Below are positions 1 through 10,283 of a stretch of DNA of 52,638 nucleotides, one piece after another; position 1 is the first letter of the stretch; each line of letters opens with the position of its first letter. Source of the stretch: Desulfobacterales bacterium (GTDB lineage Bacteria; Desulfobacterota; Desulfobulbia; Desulfobulbales; VMSU01); NCBI GenBank assembly GCA_011330685.1, contig DRPV01000292.1, positions 1 to 52,638 of the forward strand, in the 5' to 3' direction. The position numbers and the translations under genes were made by a program. The notes beneath the pieces were generated by a model that did not search any database, had not been told where the DNA came from, and saw only the letters and a list, made by a program, of their open reading frames with translations.

Positions 1-135
1 ACCCGAAAGGGATAAAGGTGACAGATGAAGAACTCAAAACGATATTAATTAAACGGGATGAGTTTCACGGCGAATGGAATTATTCAATCCATCCAACTTG
101 ACAGTGAATGGCCATGTTAATAATTTACAGATCCT
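1..135 (+). mobile_element. Right end of an ISAzo13-family insertion sequence (transposase C-terminus 3..101 plus probable terminal IR)
   Basis: Frame from nt 3 reads PKGIKVTDEELKTILIKRDEFHGEWNYSIHPT*, matching the typical ISAzo13 transposase C-terminus (GIKV..E...FHGEWNY.I.P). The element end near 135 is approximate. Confidence 0.8.
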
Positions 136-162
136 TAGCTCGTTTTTATAGTTAAATGCCTT

Positions 163-313
163 GTAACTATTCAGCGGGGGCAACAAATTCCCCTAAACTG
201 GTAGCCGTAACTGTTCAGCAGTGCTCCAGGTTTGTTCATTTAGGACTTTGAAGCATACTGTCGTATTCGAAAAGGCCTAAATGGACAAAGATGGGGTGCT
301 GCTGAATAGTTAC
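163..313 (+). mobile_element. MITE-like element, GTAAC subfamily, full length (151 bp)
   Basis: TIRs GTAACTATTCAGC / GCTGAATAGTTAC; internal end motif GTAACTGTTCAG at 207; degenerate 8-bp flanks AATGCCTT / AGTGCCTA. Confidence 0.85.
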
Positions 314-363
314 AGTGCCTAATTTATTTTCTGGAGGCATAAGAGAAAAGATTTTTATAACTG

Positions 364-2634
364 TTACATAGACTTCAGCACCTTAGCGGCATCTTGCCTC
401 TCAGGAAAGTCCTTTATTTTAAGGGCGGCTTTAAGTTCCTTACGGGCCTCATCAATTTTTCCCTGACCCTTGAGGGCCAGGGCCAGGTGATAGCGAAAGG
501 CTGGATTATCCGGGGCTGCAGCCACCGCTTGTCGCAACTGGCTGGCAGCCAAAACGTATGAATGACGCTGCAGATGAATCCAGCCCAGGGTATCGGCAAC
601 ACTTGGATTGTCGGGCCTGGCATTTTTGGCGATGAGTCCTAAACGCAGCGCCTCACCGAGATCCGGCTTCGGTTCATGACTGATAATCCAAGCCAAATTG
701 TTGGCCGCTTCCGGCAACTCAGGATTGAGTTTAAGGGCATGCTGATAGAGGGTCTTGGCCCCCTTTATATCTTTCTCATCCTCCAGGACAGACGCAAGAG
801 ACATAACAGCAGGCAGATAATCAGGATTCAAACGTAAATAGTCCTGATACATGACCGCCGACTCCCGGCTCCGTCCCTGGGATTTTAAAATAGAGGCCGC
901 CAGCATAAAGGCCCCGGCTCCCCGCGACCGCAGGGTACGTACCCTCTTACAAATGTCAAGGGCCTCGGAATATTTATGATTGACGGCCAGTAAATTGGCC
1001 AACAGCAATAAGTCACCGGGATTATCCGGCTGACTGCGCAACTGTTCACGCACCCTCGTTATGGCACCCGGCAAATCACCATCAGCGCTCATTATCCTGG
1101 CCACTCCGGCAAGAGCGCGGCTGTTCACGGGCTGCAGAGTTAAAATCTTCTCCAGCATTTCACGAGCCCTGGCCGGCTTCTTAAGCCCCAGATAGGTATC
1201 AGCAAGATTGGCATATATTTCGGTATTATCCGGCAGCATTTTAGACATTTTTTTGAACAACTTCAGAGCATTACGATATTCTTTCTTCCGGATCAGGGAC
1301 TGGCCTATAATTACGGCCGCCCGAAAGTCATATGGCTGCAGACGCAAAGCGACAGCAGCCTCTCTCGCTGCCCCGTCAAAATCGCGGCTTAACAAGTTAA
1401 GCTGGCCCAGCAGGGTATGGGCTCCGGCGAGACGAGGATCAGCCGCCACCGCCGCGGCCGCCTCTTTACGAGCCAGCTCCAGCTTACCCATACCGAAAAG
1501 GGCCATACCCTTTTGATAAAGAGCCTCGGCCATTCGCGGCTGCTCTTTAAGCAGGGCGTTCAAGATATCCAAAGCCTTTTGCCCCGAGTTGTCTTTAATC
1601 AACAACTTGGCCCGCACCAAACGGGCCAGGGGCTGTTTATTATCAACCTTTAAGACCTCGGCACTCTCCCGCGCCGCCTGTTTAAATTTATGGCGTTCAA
1701 AATGAAAATCGGCCAACGCCGCCTTGATACTCAACGATTTCGGATGCCTGTTCAAGGCCTGCGTCAAGGCGGCCTCGGCCTCTTTAAATTTGCCCTGATG
1801 TTTATAAAGAGCGGTGAGCAGGAGATCAAATTCAGTTTTGGCCGGGAAAGCCCTGCGGGCTGATTTAATACAGTCCTCAGCTTTACTCAGACGACCGGTC
1901 TCCATGTAGAGCGCGGCTAACATCATGTACGGCCTGCCTGATTTTTTAAAGATATCCCGCATAGCCTTGATCTGTTTCTCGGCCTTATCATACTGCTTGT
2001 TCCTCATATAGAAAATGGCCAGGGCCTGCTCAAAACCAAAATTATCCGGCTGTAGTTTAACGGCCCGTCTCAGGGCATTTTCAGCCTCGGCAGCCTTGCC
2101 GGCGGCCATTAAGACCCTGGCCTGAGTCAGATAGGCCCGGCCCAGGTCAGGCCGCGCGGTCAGGGCCTTGTTAATGGCGGCTTCAGCCCTGGGAATATTT
2201 TTGGCCAGAAGCTCAAGATTAGACAAAACGACAAGGGCCGGGGCATAATTAGGCTTGCGAGCCAGAATTTTGTTTATCCGGCTCCGGGATTCATCAATTT
2301 TATGACTTAGAAACAGGATTTCCGCGGTCTTGAGCTGGGCATCGAGGTTAGCCGGGTTCAAAGAAGCAGCCCGTGACAATTCCCTGAAGGCCTTACCTGG
2401 ATCATTAAGTTTGAGATACAAAAGCCCTAATTGATAACGGGCCGGGGCGTATTTAGGGGCAACTTGCGCCGCATTTTTAAACTCAATAACAGCCGCTTTA
2501 TCATCACCCTTTTTGAGGTAACTCATACCCCGTTCATAGGCCGCCTGTTTCTGCTTTTCCTTATTGGCACAGCTGACAACCAACAGGCACAGAGCCAGCA
2601 TAATTATCACATGCTTCCATATTTTATATTTCAT
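364..2634 (-). CDS. TPR-repeat lipoprotein, PrsT-like (PEP-CTERM/XrtA system)
   Basis: Lipobox VVSC; many TPR repeats; C-terminal NNLAW...DTLGW motif; GGAGG RBS before ATG at 2634; divergent from the EPS operon. Confidence 0.85.
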   Translation of the reverse strand: MKYKIWKHVIIMLALCLLVVSCANKEKQKQAAYERGMSYLKKGDDKAAVIEFKNAAQVAPKYAPARYQLGLLYLKLNDPGKAFRELSRAASLNPANLDAQLKTAEILFLSHKIDESRSRINKILARKPNYAPALVVLSNLELLAKNIPRAEAAINKALTARPDLGRAYLTQARVLMAAGKAAEAENALRRAVKLQPDNFGFEQALAIFYMRNKQYDKAEKQIKAMRDIFKKSGRPYMMLAALYMETGRLSKAEDCIKSARRAFPAKTEFDLLLTALYKHQGKFKEAEAALTQALNRHPKSLSIKAALADFHFERHKFKQAARESAEVLKVDNKQPLARLVRAKLLIKDNSGQKALDILNALLKEQPRMAEALYQKGMALFGMGKLELARKEAAAAVAADPRLAGAHTLLGQLNLLSRDFDGAAREAAVALRLQPYDFRAAVIIGQSLIRKKEYRNALKLFKKMSKMLPDNTEIYANLADTYLGLKKPARAREMLEKILTLQPVNSRALAGVARIMSADGDLPGAITRVREQLRSQPDNPGDLLLLANLLAVNHKYSEALDICKRVRTLRSRGAGAFMLAASILKSQGRSRESAVMYQDYLRLNPDYLPAVMSLASVLEDEKDIKGAKTLYQHALKLNPELPEAANNLAWIISHEPKPDLGEALRLGLIAKNARPDNPSVADTLGWIHLQRHSYVLAASQLRQAVAAAPDNPAFRYHLALALKGQGKIDEARKELKAALKIKDFPERQDAAKVLKSM

Positions 2635-3017
2635 CTTTACCTCCATTTTGACACCTAATAAAAAGTCTAATTTGCCACGATGACGTTATTCCTGTACCGA
2701 GAGTAATCCATTTGAATCAAATGATGATAGCTTGGAATATAGACTTAGCTCCGGCTCAAGCCCGGCTGCCCAGACATAACGGAAATAATCTGCCTGTAAT
2801 TACTGGTAAATTTTACTATAACCGTTTAATTACTATTGCATAAAAAAATAAAATTTTATAGTGTATTTATCAAATAGAAAGATATAATCCCCATATTGCC
2901 AGGTAAATTTTGTAATACCAGACCAGACATGAGCCCTCCTTTATGAGTTCTTTTAAAAATATCTCTAAATTTACGCTTTATATGGAAGATATCAGATACC
3001 TGAAAGCCACCTGCCAA

Positions 3018-3032
3018 TGGTATCGGCCTCGC
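3018..3032 (+). promoter_or_regulatory. Possible sigma54 (-24/-12) promoter for the EPS operon
   Basis: TGGTATCGGCCTCGC gives GG-N10-GC about 77 nt upstream of the wza-like ATG; imperfect -12 (TCGC instead of TTGC). Confidence 0.3.
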
Positions 3033-3108
3033 CGCGGCTTTCATTTTTCGTTGTGCCGGGGCAGCCGGGCATAGTCGTTACTGCCAACATACTACGGAGA
3101 CAGTTAAT

Positions 3109-3741
3109 ATGATCAACTACGCACTACCATTTAAACGAATACCACTATGTCATATATGGGCTCTGCTTGCGCTTATTTCCCTGTTTCCCTTAATGAATAC
3201 GGCCCAGGCCTCACCAAAGGCCATCAGCAGCAATGCCGCGTCTCCTGCCACTAAAGGCATGGAATATATAATCGGTCGGGGCGACCAGTTACAGGTTATG
3301 GTCTGGAAAGAAAAAGATCTATCACAAGCCATGAGTGTCCGCATCGACGGCCGCATCTCCCTGCCCCTGATTGGTGACGTAATGGCCGCCGGTAAGACCA
3401 TCAGCGGTCTGACTCATGAGCTGGAAAAACGTTTTGCCAGCGTGGTAACCGACCCCGCCGTCTCGGTCATGCTTATTCAAAGCAAAAGCTGGCGTTATTA
3501 CATCATCGGCAAGATAAATAAGCCTGGCGAGTTCCCCATTGATTTTCCCATCACCATTCTCCAGGCCATAGCCAAAAGCGGTGGCTTCACACAGTGGGCC
3601 AAGAGCGATAATATTTCTATTCTGCGCCAGACCAACGGCCATGATAAACTGCTTAAATTTAATTATGATGCCGTAACCAAAGGCAAGGATCTGGCCCAGA
3701 ATATTCAGATAAAACCAGGTGATACAATCATCGTTCCCTGA
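3109..3741 (+). CDS. Polysaccharide biosynthesis/export protein (Wza/OPX family, short form)
   Basis: YIIGRGDQLQVMVW...VRIDGRISLPLIGDV poly_export motif, SLBB domain, ends PGDTIIVP. Confidence 0.9.
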   Translation: MINYALPFKRIPLCHIWALLALISLFPLMNTAQASPKAISSNAASPATKGMEYIIGRGDQLQVMVWKEKDLSQAMSVRIDGRISLPLIGDVMAAGKTISGLTHELEKRFASVVTDPAVSVMLIQSKSWRYYIIGKINKPGEFPIDFPITILQAIAKSGGFTQWAKSDNISILRQTNGHDKLLKFNYDAVTKGKDLAQNIQIKPGDTIIVP

Positions 3742-3758
3742 AAAAAAGGTGAATCAAA

Positions 3759-5195
3759 ATGGCAAACAAAGAAAAAGTAATCCCAGCTCTTATTTTATGC
3801 GCTTTCATCTCCACAACCGCCGCGGCCCGGCAGACGACCTTTAACGGCAGTGTGGCCATTGGCAGCGACTATGATTCCAACGTCTTTCAGACCGACAACA
3901 ACCGTACCGATGAGTGGTTGAACACTCTTGAGACCAAGATGGCTCTTGAGTCCAAGGGGTCAGACAACCTGGTGAGCCTCTCATACAACCCTACCTTCAC
4001 CTATAACAACCGCCGTGAAACCACATCGAAAAGGCATGATTTGGACATGAAGGTTCAACGAGACATCTCTGAACGTTGGCAAATGACCCTGGACAACGCT
4101 TACTCCTATCGGGACAGTCCCAACTTTGAAAGTAATGCCGCTCTCTCCCTGGCCCGCCAGTTTCAAAGGGCCGACGATTTTACCCAAACAGAGGTTGTCC
4201 GTCTCCTCTTTCCGGAAATTGTCTGGGAACCACAGCAATTAACTTATGTCCTCTCCGACATATCGACCCGCTATCAACAGGCTACGACTCAAGATCAGAA
4301 TACTGTGCGTAATCTGCTGAATACCAACGACGGTCAAGGCCGCCAGCGCTATTTCACAAACGATCTCAGCCTGACCTCCATTTACAAATTCGCTGAAGAC
4401 AGCCAACTCGTTATGGGTTACAGCCTGAAGACGCTGGATAACAGAACCGGCATCCAGGCCGACAAAACCGGCCATAACCCCACCATTGATCTGACCTGGC
4501 GTCTCAATAAGTCATGGCTATTCGAGGGAGGATACAACTACAGCTACAAACATTTCGATACTACGGACAACAGCACCACCAATAACCCCCACCTCCGGGC
4601 CAGCTATAATTTTGCGGCAAACAACAAATTGACCGCCGGCTTTGATTATGAGGATATCACCTATGACGGCAATACCGCCTCCTCAACCAATCAGACGTTC
4701 TCGCTCTCCTGGGATAAAGGCTTAGATCGACTCACCACCATAGACAGCGGCCTGGATTTATCATATAATAATCGAGAAAGAGCCGGTGATGAACGAGAAC
4801 TGGCCGTGAGCCTGGGGATAACCCGCCGGATTGACCGTGGCAGCATCTCCGTAAGCGGCGACAGTTCATGGACGGCAAGCAATGGAACCGGCTCTTGGAA
4901 TGATCTCCGCCAGGCCTGGGGCTTGACGACTTCCGCTAATTATCAGTTTCGACAAGACCTTAATTCTACGGCCGACATCTCCTATGAACGCCGTTACGCC
5001 TGGGACAACCAAGGTAAAACCACCTATAACGATCTGAAGGCCGGGGCAGGTCTGAGCTGGAATTTTTACCGCTGGTTTTCTTTAGATCTCAATTATGATT
5101 ATAAATTATTAGACAGTGATTCTACATATCTCGACGATTACAATGAGCACTTGATTACCATCAAGTTATCCGCCGCCAACCAATGGCAACTGTAA
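3759..5195 (+). CDS. Outer-membrane beta-barrel associated with EPS export
   Basis: Signal peptide, YDSNV N-terminal motif, amphipathic Tyr/Asn-rich strands, located between the OPX and chain-length genes. Confidence 0.75.
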   Translation: MANKEKVIPALILCAFISTTAAARQTTFNGSVAIGSDYDSNVFQTDNNRTDEWLNTLETKMALESKGSDNLVSLSYNPTFTYNNRRETTSKRHDLDMKVQRDISERWQMTLDNAYSYRDSPNFESNAALSLARQFQRADDFTQTEVVRLLFPEIVWEPQQLTYVLSDISTRYQQATTQDQNTVRNLLNTNDGQGRQRYFTNDLSLTSIYKFAEDSQLVMGYSLKTLDNRTGIQADKTGHNPTIDLTWRLNKSWLFEGGYNYSYKHFDTTDNSTTNNPHLRASYNFAANNKLTAGFDYEDITYDGNTASSTNQTFSLSWDKGLDRLTTIDSGLDLSYNNRERAGDERELAVSLGITRRIDRGSISVSGDSSWTASNGTGSWNDLRQAWGLTTSANYQFRQDLNSTADISYERRYAWDNQGKTTYNDLKAGAGLSWNFYRWFSLDLNYDYKLLDSDSTYLDDYNEHLITIKLSAANQWQL

Positions 5196-5216
5196 CTCAC
5201 TACGGCCCCGGCAGAT

Positions 5217-5235
5217 TCATGCTATAATAGCATGA
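5217..5235. promoter_or_regulatory. Inverted repeat overlapping an extended -10 motif
   Basis: TCATGCTA-TAA-TAGCATGA contains TGcTATAAT, 36 nt before the 5272 ATG. Confidence 0.4.
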
Positions 5236-5271
5236 GCAACAACACGTCACTACACTCATAAAAGGAATTTT

Positions 5272-6897
5272 ATGGAACAGCAGCAACGTCAGCAAACCAG
5301 GAAATATGTCAGTCTGCTTCTCCGCCGTAAAAAAATAATTGTATCATTCGTGCTGCTCAGCCTCTTCGGCGGCCTGGCCTTTTACCTTAGGAGTCCCAAG
5401 GTCTATGAGTCCACCGCTCTTCTTATCTATGAACGGGCCAAAATTAATCCCGGCAGCATGACCCCCCATGTCCAGACCCGCACCAGGGAGATGATCGCCA
5501 CCCTTACCCAGCAGGTTACCAGCCGTTCCAGCTTAGAGGCCATCATCAAACAATTCAATCTCTATCCCGGAGCCCGCCGTAAACTGCCGATGGAGGACGT
5601 AGTCGACCTCATGCGCAGCAACAATATCATTATAAAGCCGGAGAAGGGCGATGTCTTCGAAGTTACCTTTCAAGGGAAAAACCCCCAGCAGGTAATGCAG
5701 GTCGCCAATGCCCTGGCCGCCAAATTCATTGAAGAGAACCTGCGCTACCGTGAAGAAAGAGCCACCGAGACCTCAGCCTACGCCTCTGACGAGATGAAGA
5801 TGTCCCAGGCCACCCTGAGCAAGAAAGAGGCGGCCATGCGGGACTATAAGCTTAAATATTATAACGAGATGCCCCAGCAGTTTCAGAGCAATATGACCCG
5901 CCTGAGCGCTCTGCAGGATCAACTGCAAAAGAACGCAGACAGTATCCAGAATCTGGAGCGTACCAAGGTCATGATTCAGGAGCAGATAACTAAACGCAAA
6001 GATGCCCTGAACCAGCTTACCATGCAGGCTCAACAGCTTGGAGGAACCATCAGCCCCAGCGACCAGGCCCTGAATGCCGACTCACCTTTAGCCTCCGTCA
6101 TTAATAATATCAACCGTAGCAAAGCGGCTCTCAGCAACCTTCTGCTCCGCTACACAAGCCGCCATCCAGAGGTCAAACGTTTGAAGAAAAAACTGGCGGA
6201 ATTAGAAAAGAAAAAAGCGGAATTAGAAAAGGAAATGCCGCCTTCCGCAACCGGTAAAAATGGCGCGAACCAGAACTCAACCGACTCAATACTATACAGC
6301 AGGGACAAACAGCTGTCGCAATTATATCTCCAGCTCACCGAGGCCTCATTTAACATCAAACTTATGCGCAAAAACGGCAAAGATATCCAAAAACAGATCA
6401 AACAATACCAGAAATGGATCGCCAAGACCCCGGTTCGCGAAGCAGAATGGACAGCCCTGACCAGAGACTACAAACAGCTCTACGATCATTTTCAGAAGTT
6501 GTTAGTGCGCAATCTGGAGGCAGAATCAGCCCAAAGCCTGGAACGGCGGCAAAAAGGCAGCCAGTTCAAAATTGTTGACTCTGCCTTTTATCCGGGTAAA
6601 CCGACTAAACCTGATTTCAGGAGAATCATGTTCGTGGCTCTGGGCTTAGGCCTGGCTCTTGGCGGCGGGCTGACTCTTTTTCTCGAAATGGGAGACACCT
6701 CCTTCCGCGATGCCGAAGATCTGGAAAACTTTTTAGACCTGCCGGTTGTCTGCTCTCTACCCCTGATTGTTTCAGAAAAGGAGAAAAAATTAAGCCGACT
6801 AAAAGCAATTGGCTGGTTTACCTTCTTCTTGATCGGCTTCGCCGCTCTAACGGCTGTCATCCTGCATTACTATAACAACGGCCGCATTATTCTCTAA
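5272..6897 (+). CDS. Polysaccharide chain-length determinant (Wzz/GumC, PCP family)
   Basis: N-terminal TM + PKVYESTA, long coiled coil, YTSRHPEV motif, C-terminal TM segments. Confidence 0.9.
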   Translation: MEQQQRQQTRKYVSLLLRRKKIIVSFVLLSLFGGLAFYLRSPKVYESTALLIYERAKINPGSMTPHVQTRTREMIATLTQQVTSRSSLEAIIKQFNLYPGARRKLPMEDVVDLMRSNNIIIKPEKGDVFEVTFQGKNPQQVMQVANALAAKFIEENLRYREERATETSAYASDEMKMSQATLSKKEAAMRDYKLKYYNEMPQQFQSNMTRLSALQDQLQKNADSIQNLERTKVMIQEQITKRKDALNQLTMQAQQLGGTISPSDQALNADSPLASVINNINRSKAALSNLLLRYTSRHPEVKRLKKKLAELEKKKAELEKEMPPSATGKNGANQNSTDSILYSRDKQLSQLYLQLTEASFNIKLMRKNGKDIQKQIKQYQKWIAKTPVREAEWTALTRDYKQLYDHFQKLLVRNLEAESAQSLERRQKGSQFKIVDSAFYPGKPTKPDFRRIMFVALGLGLALGGGLTLFLEMGDTSFRDAEDLENFLDLPVVCSLPLIVSEKEKKLSRLKAIGWFTFFLIGFAALTAVILHYYNNGRIIL

Positions 6898-6926
6898 TTG
6901 TCCAGCCCCTTTCAGACCAGGCTATC

Positions 6927-7943
6927 ATGTACACCAAATATTACGGTTTAGCGAACAAGCCATTTTCCATAGTCCCTGATCCGGATACCGTATACATGAG
7001 CGAAGGGCACCAGGAGGCCCTCGCTATCCTGCGCTACGGGGTTATTGACCGCAAGGGCTTTCTCATGCTCACCGGCGGAGTCGGCACCGGCAAGACCACC
7101 CTGCTGCAACTATTACTGAAATCTCTGGACAGCAATATCCATGTTTGTCTGCTGGCCAATCCGACCCTGTCAATAGACGATTTTTATTATTACCTTGCGG
7201 CCAAATACGGGCTCCGGGAATTTGAGGGGAACAAGGCAAAATTCATGCTTGATTTTGCCGCTTTCCTTAAAAAATGCCGTCGGCAGAATGAGCGGGTACT
7301 GTTAATTGTTGACGAAGCCCATGCCATGCCTGTTGAACTCCTCGAGGAAATAAGACTGCTCTCCAACCAAGAATACCAGGAGTATGGGATCATGAGTATC
7401 TTTCTGGTCGGCCAGCCGGAATTAAATGACCATCTGGCCCATGAACGGCTTCTCCCCCTTCTGCAGCGCATCGGGATCCGTTACCATCTTCAACCCTTCT
7501 CTTGGGAAGATACAGGGAAATATATCCTTTTCCGGCTCACCAAATCCGGCGGCCAAAGTGCCGAAATATTTACCAGGCAGGCGATTGAACGAATACATGA
7601 ACACAGCAAAGGGGTACCGCGGCTGATTAATATAATCTGCGACCAGGCCCTGCTTTCAGGTTTTGCCGAAGGCGCACCGGTTATTGAGGAGGAGATGATC
7701 CAACAATGTATTATGGATCTTAATATATACAATTCCAGCAACCCGCCGCCTCCGGCATCAAAGAAGGCCGCCCTGAACCACTCCTGGCTTGTCTTCAAAA
7801 ATCTTTTGCTTACAAGTCTGTGGCTTTTGATTATCATTGTTGTTGTGATGGCCGCTCTTTTTGTATTTTGGGACATAAATCCCATTGGAATCATCAACAA
7901 GGCCGGCAACTGGCTGCTGGACTTTATTTTTAAATTGTTTTGA
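6927..7943 (+). CDS. ExeA/GspA-like AAA ATPase (PEP-CTERM system associated)
   Basis: PFSIVPDP, Walker A GGVGTGKT, Walker B LIVDEAH, GQPEL, SKGVPRLIN; C-terminal TM. Confidence 0.9.
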   Translation: MYTKYYGLANKPFSIVPDPDTVYMSEGHQEALAILRYGVIDRKGFLMLTGGVGTGKTTLLQLLLKSLDSNIHVCLLANPTLSIDDFYYYLAAKYGLREFEGNKAKFMLDFAAFLKKCRRQNERVLLIVDEAHAMPVELLEEIRLLSNQEYQEYGIMSIFLVGQPELNDHLAHERLLPLLQRIGIRYHLQPFSWEDTGKYILFRLTKSGGQSAEIFTRQAIERIHEHSKGVPRLINIICDQALLSGFAEGAPVIEEEMIQQCIMDLNIYNSSNPPPPASKKAALNHSWLVFKNLLLTSLWLLIIIVVVMAALFVFWDINPIGIINKAGNWLLDFIFKLF

Positions 7944-7956
7944 AGGGAGAACAAAC

Positions 7957-8829
7957 GTGGGCAAGGTATTCAAGGCATTAAACAAGGCTATGTCCAATCC
8001 GGAAGAGAGTGCGTCCCCTCCTCCATCCACACCCGAGCCCTCAGTAAAAACAGAGCGGCAGCCAACACCTGCAAAGCGCGAGATTCCCACTGTCAACGTT
8101 ACGGGAAGCATGGATAACACCTCCGGGGTCAATAACTGGGATGAAAAATTAGTAGCTTTTTCGGCCCCCTCCTCAATTATTACCGAAAATATACGCCATC
8201 TACGGAACCGGATATTACATCCGCCTTCCGGCGGTCCCGCCCTGCGCCGGGTTATGACTACCAGTGCCCTGCCGGGCGAGGGTAAAAGCATGCTCTGCTC
8301 CAACCTCGCCATCTCCATGGCCCAGGGTCTTGAACAGCACGCCCTGCTCGTTGACTGTGACCTGCGGCGTTCCAGCCTGGCTCAAATGCTGGCAGTAAAC
8401 AACAGCCAGGGGCTGAGCAATTATCTCCAGCATGACCGTGAGCTTGGGGAGGTAATCCGCCAGACTGGACTACCGAAATTATCCCTCCTGCCCAGCGGCC
8501 CCAGACCCATGAACCCCGCCGAGCTTTTGGACTCTAAGCGGGTTGGCGAGATGTTTGATGAACTGTCTAACCGCTATGATGACCGTTTTATCATTATCGA
8601 CACCCCGCCCCTGCCGATGGCCGCCGAGACAACCGTCCTGGCCGAGCAGGTGGATGGTATCATTATCGTGGTACGCTGGGGCAGAGCCGCCCGTGAGCAG
8701 GTCAAACAGATGACGGAAAACCTGAATAAAGACAAAATTATCGGAATAGTATTCAACGCCTTTGAAAAAGATATATTAAGCGCTAAACTTACCGGTTACG
8801 AGCCTTACGGTCATTACGGAGGCTATTAA
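7957..8829 (+). CDS. Bacterial tyrosine autokinase (CpsD/CapB family)
   Basis: GTG start after GGGAGA RBS; Walker A GEGKS, DCDLRR, IDTPP; C-terminal Tyr cluster GYEPYGHYGGY. Confidence 0.9.
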   Translation: MGKVFKALNKAMSNPEESASPPPSTPEPSVKTERQPTPAKREIPTVNVTGSMDNTSGVNNWDEKLVAFSAPSSIITENIRHLRNRILHPPSGGPALRRVMTTSALPGEGKSMLCSNLAISMAQGLEQHALLVDCDLRRSSLAQMLAVNNSQGLSNYLQHDRELGEVIRQTGLPKLSLLPSGPRPMNPAELLDSKRVGEMFDELSNRYDDRFIIIDTPPLPMAAETTVLAEQVDGIIIVVRWGRAAREQVKQMTENLNKDKIIGIVFNAFEKDILSAKLTGYEPYGHYGGY

Positions 8830-8835
8830 AGATCC

Positions 8836-10218
8836 ATGCCCTATATTTCAGGCCAATATTACCCAATCCGCCGAATTGTTTTCTTTTTAGGCGAGGGAGC
8901 CTTAATTTTCATAGCCATCTTTTTCATGCATATGTTCTTCATGGGCCGGGAAAGCTTTCTGCTCCATGAAAGCCAGAGCCTGCTCAGAACCTCGCTCGTT
9001 ACCATAGTGTTCATGCTCTGCCTCTATTTTTTTGATCTCTATGACTTAGATGTCTATTCATCCATGGCCGATACCGCCACCCGCATGACCCAGGCCTTTG
9101 GTTTCGGCTGTATTATATTAGCCGTAATTTATTACCTTTTTCCCTCCAGCGTCATTCCCACCCGCATCTTCCTGCTGGGTTATTTATTAGTCTGCGTACT
9201 GCTGGCCCTGTGGCGCTTCATTTACATCACCGCCTTAAATAAACGGTTACTGGCCGAGCCCATTATTATGCTGGGCAGCGGCAAACTGGCCGCCGACATT
9301 GCCGACGTAATAATGAACCGTATTGACGCCGGTTACCAGATCGCCGCCTTTGTCGGTCGTGAGCCGCCACTCTTTCCCATTGACGATATCCCGTTTTATA
9401 AACACGATAAAACATTAACGGATATCTGCCTGCGGCATAAGTCAGAGATAATTGTAGCAGCCCTTGACGAGCGCCGCGGCACAATGCCGATTCATGATTT
9501 AATTAACTGCAAACTTAACGGGGTGCGGATATTGGCTGGTATCAGTTTTTTTGAGAAACTAACCGGCAAAATAATGGTTGAACGAGTCAACCCAGACTGG
9601 ATTATCTACTCCAGCGGCTTCAGCACCGGCCGGCTTTTAAACGCTGTAAAACGGGGAATAGATATCCTGCTGGCCTCCCTGGGACTGATTTTATCGGCGC
9701 CCATAATGCTGGCAAGCGCTATTATTATCAAACTTGAATCTCCGGGCCCCGTCTTCTATCTTCAGACTCGAGTTGGTCTGCGCGGTAAAAATTTCAAGGT
9801 AATAAAATTTCGTTCAATGCGCCAGGATGCCGAAAGCAACGGGGCAGTCTGGGCCGCGGCCAACGACAACAGAGTAACCCGCTTTGGCGGCTTCGCCCGC
9901 CAGGTGCGTATTGATGAACTCCCCCAACTATGGAATGTCCTGAAAGGCGAAATGAGCTTTGTGGGGCCGCGTCCGGAGAGGCCTGTCTTTGTCGAGATAC
10001 TGAGCAAAAAAATCCCTTACTACTCTCTGCGCCATAACATAAAACCGGGGGTTACCGGCTGGGCTCAGATATGTTACCCTTACGGAGCCTCGGAAGAGGA
10101 TGCCCTGCGTAAGCTGGAGTTTGACCTCTACTATCTCAAGAATATCTCCTTGTCTCTCGACAGCTGGATCATATTTAAAACCATCAAGACGGTATTATTC
10201 CGCAAGGGTGGACGGTAA
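8836..10218 (+). CDS. Priming polyprenyl-phosphate sugar transferase (PEP-CTERM/XrtA-associated type)
   Basis: N-terminal TMs; KFRSM, RIDELPQLWNVLKGEMSFVGPRPERP, KPGVTGWAQ motifs. Confidence 0.93.
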   Translation: MPYISGQYYPIRRIVFFLGEGALIFIAIFFMHMFFMGRESFLLHESQSLLRTSLVTIVFMLCLYFFDLYDLDVYSSMADTATRMTQAFGFGCIILAVIYYLFPSSVIPTRIFLLGYLLVCVLLALWRFIYITALNKRLLAEPIIMLGSGKLAADIADVIMNRIDAGYQIAAFVGREPPLFPIDDIPFYKHDKTLTDICLRHKSEIIVAALDERRGTMPIHDLINCKLNGVRILAGISFFEKLTGKIMVERVNPDWIIYSSGFSTGRLLNAVKRGIDILLASLGLILSAPIMLASAIIIKLESPGPVFYLQTRVGLRGKNFKVIKFRSMRQDAESNGAVWAAANDNRVTRFGGFARQVRIDELPQLWNVLKGEMSFVGPRPERPVFVEILSKKIPYYSLRHNIKPGVTGWAQICYPYGASEEDALRKLEFDLYYLKNISLSLDSWIIFKTIKTVLFRKGGR

Positions 10219-10224
10219 TTTTTT

Positions 10225-10247
10225 TGCCCCTGCTGGTTTCAGGGGCA
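10225..10247. other. Intergenic stem-loop before glmS
   Basis: TGCCCCTG-N7-CAGGGGCA, preceded by a T-run. Confidence 0.45.
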
Positions 10248-10283
10248 CTCACCTTTAGCTTTACAAAACAAAAAGAGGATACA

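Noticed and set aside
163-313. Integron attC sites (TAAC...GTTA ends)
   Set aside because: No RYYYAAC/GTTRRRY consensus, no integrase, mixed orientations; the 8-bp TSDs point to transposition.
1-313. ISAzo13 transposase as the mobiliser of the GTAA elements
   Set aside because: The apparent IS end does not resemble the GTAA TIR; adjacency alone is insufficient.
10219-10283. glmS ribozyme
   Set aside because: The gap is only 65 nt with one simple hairpin.
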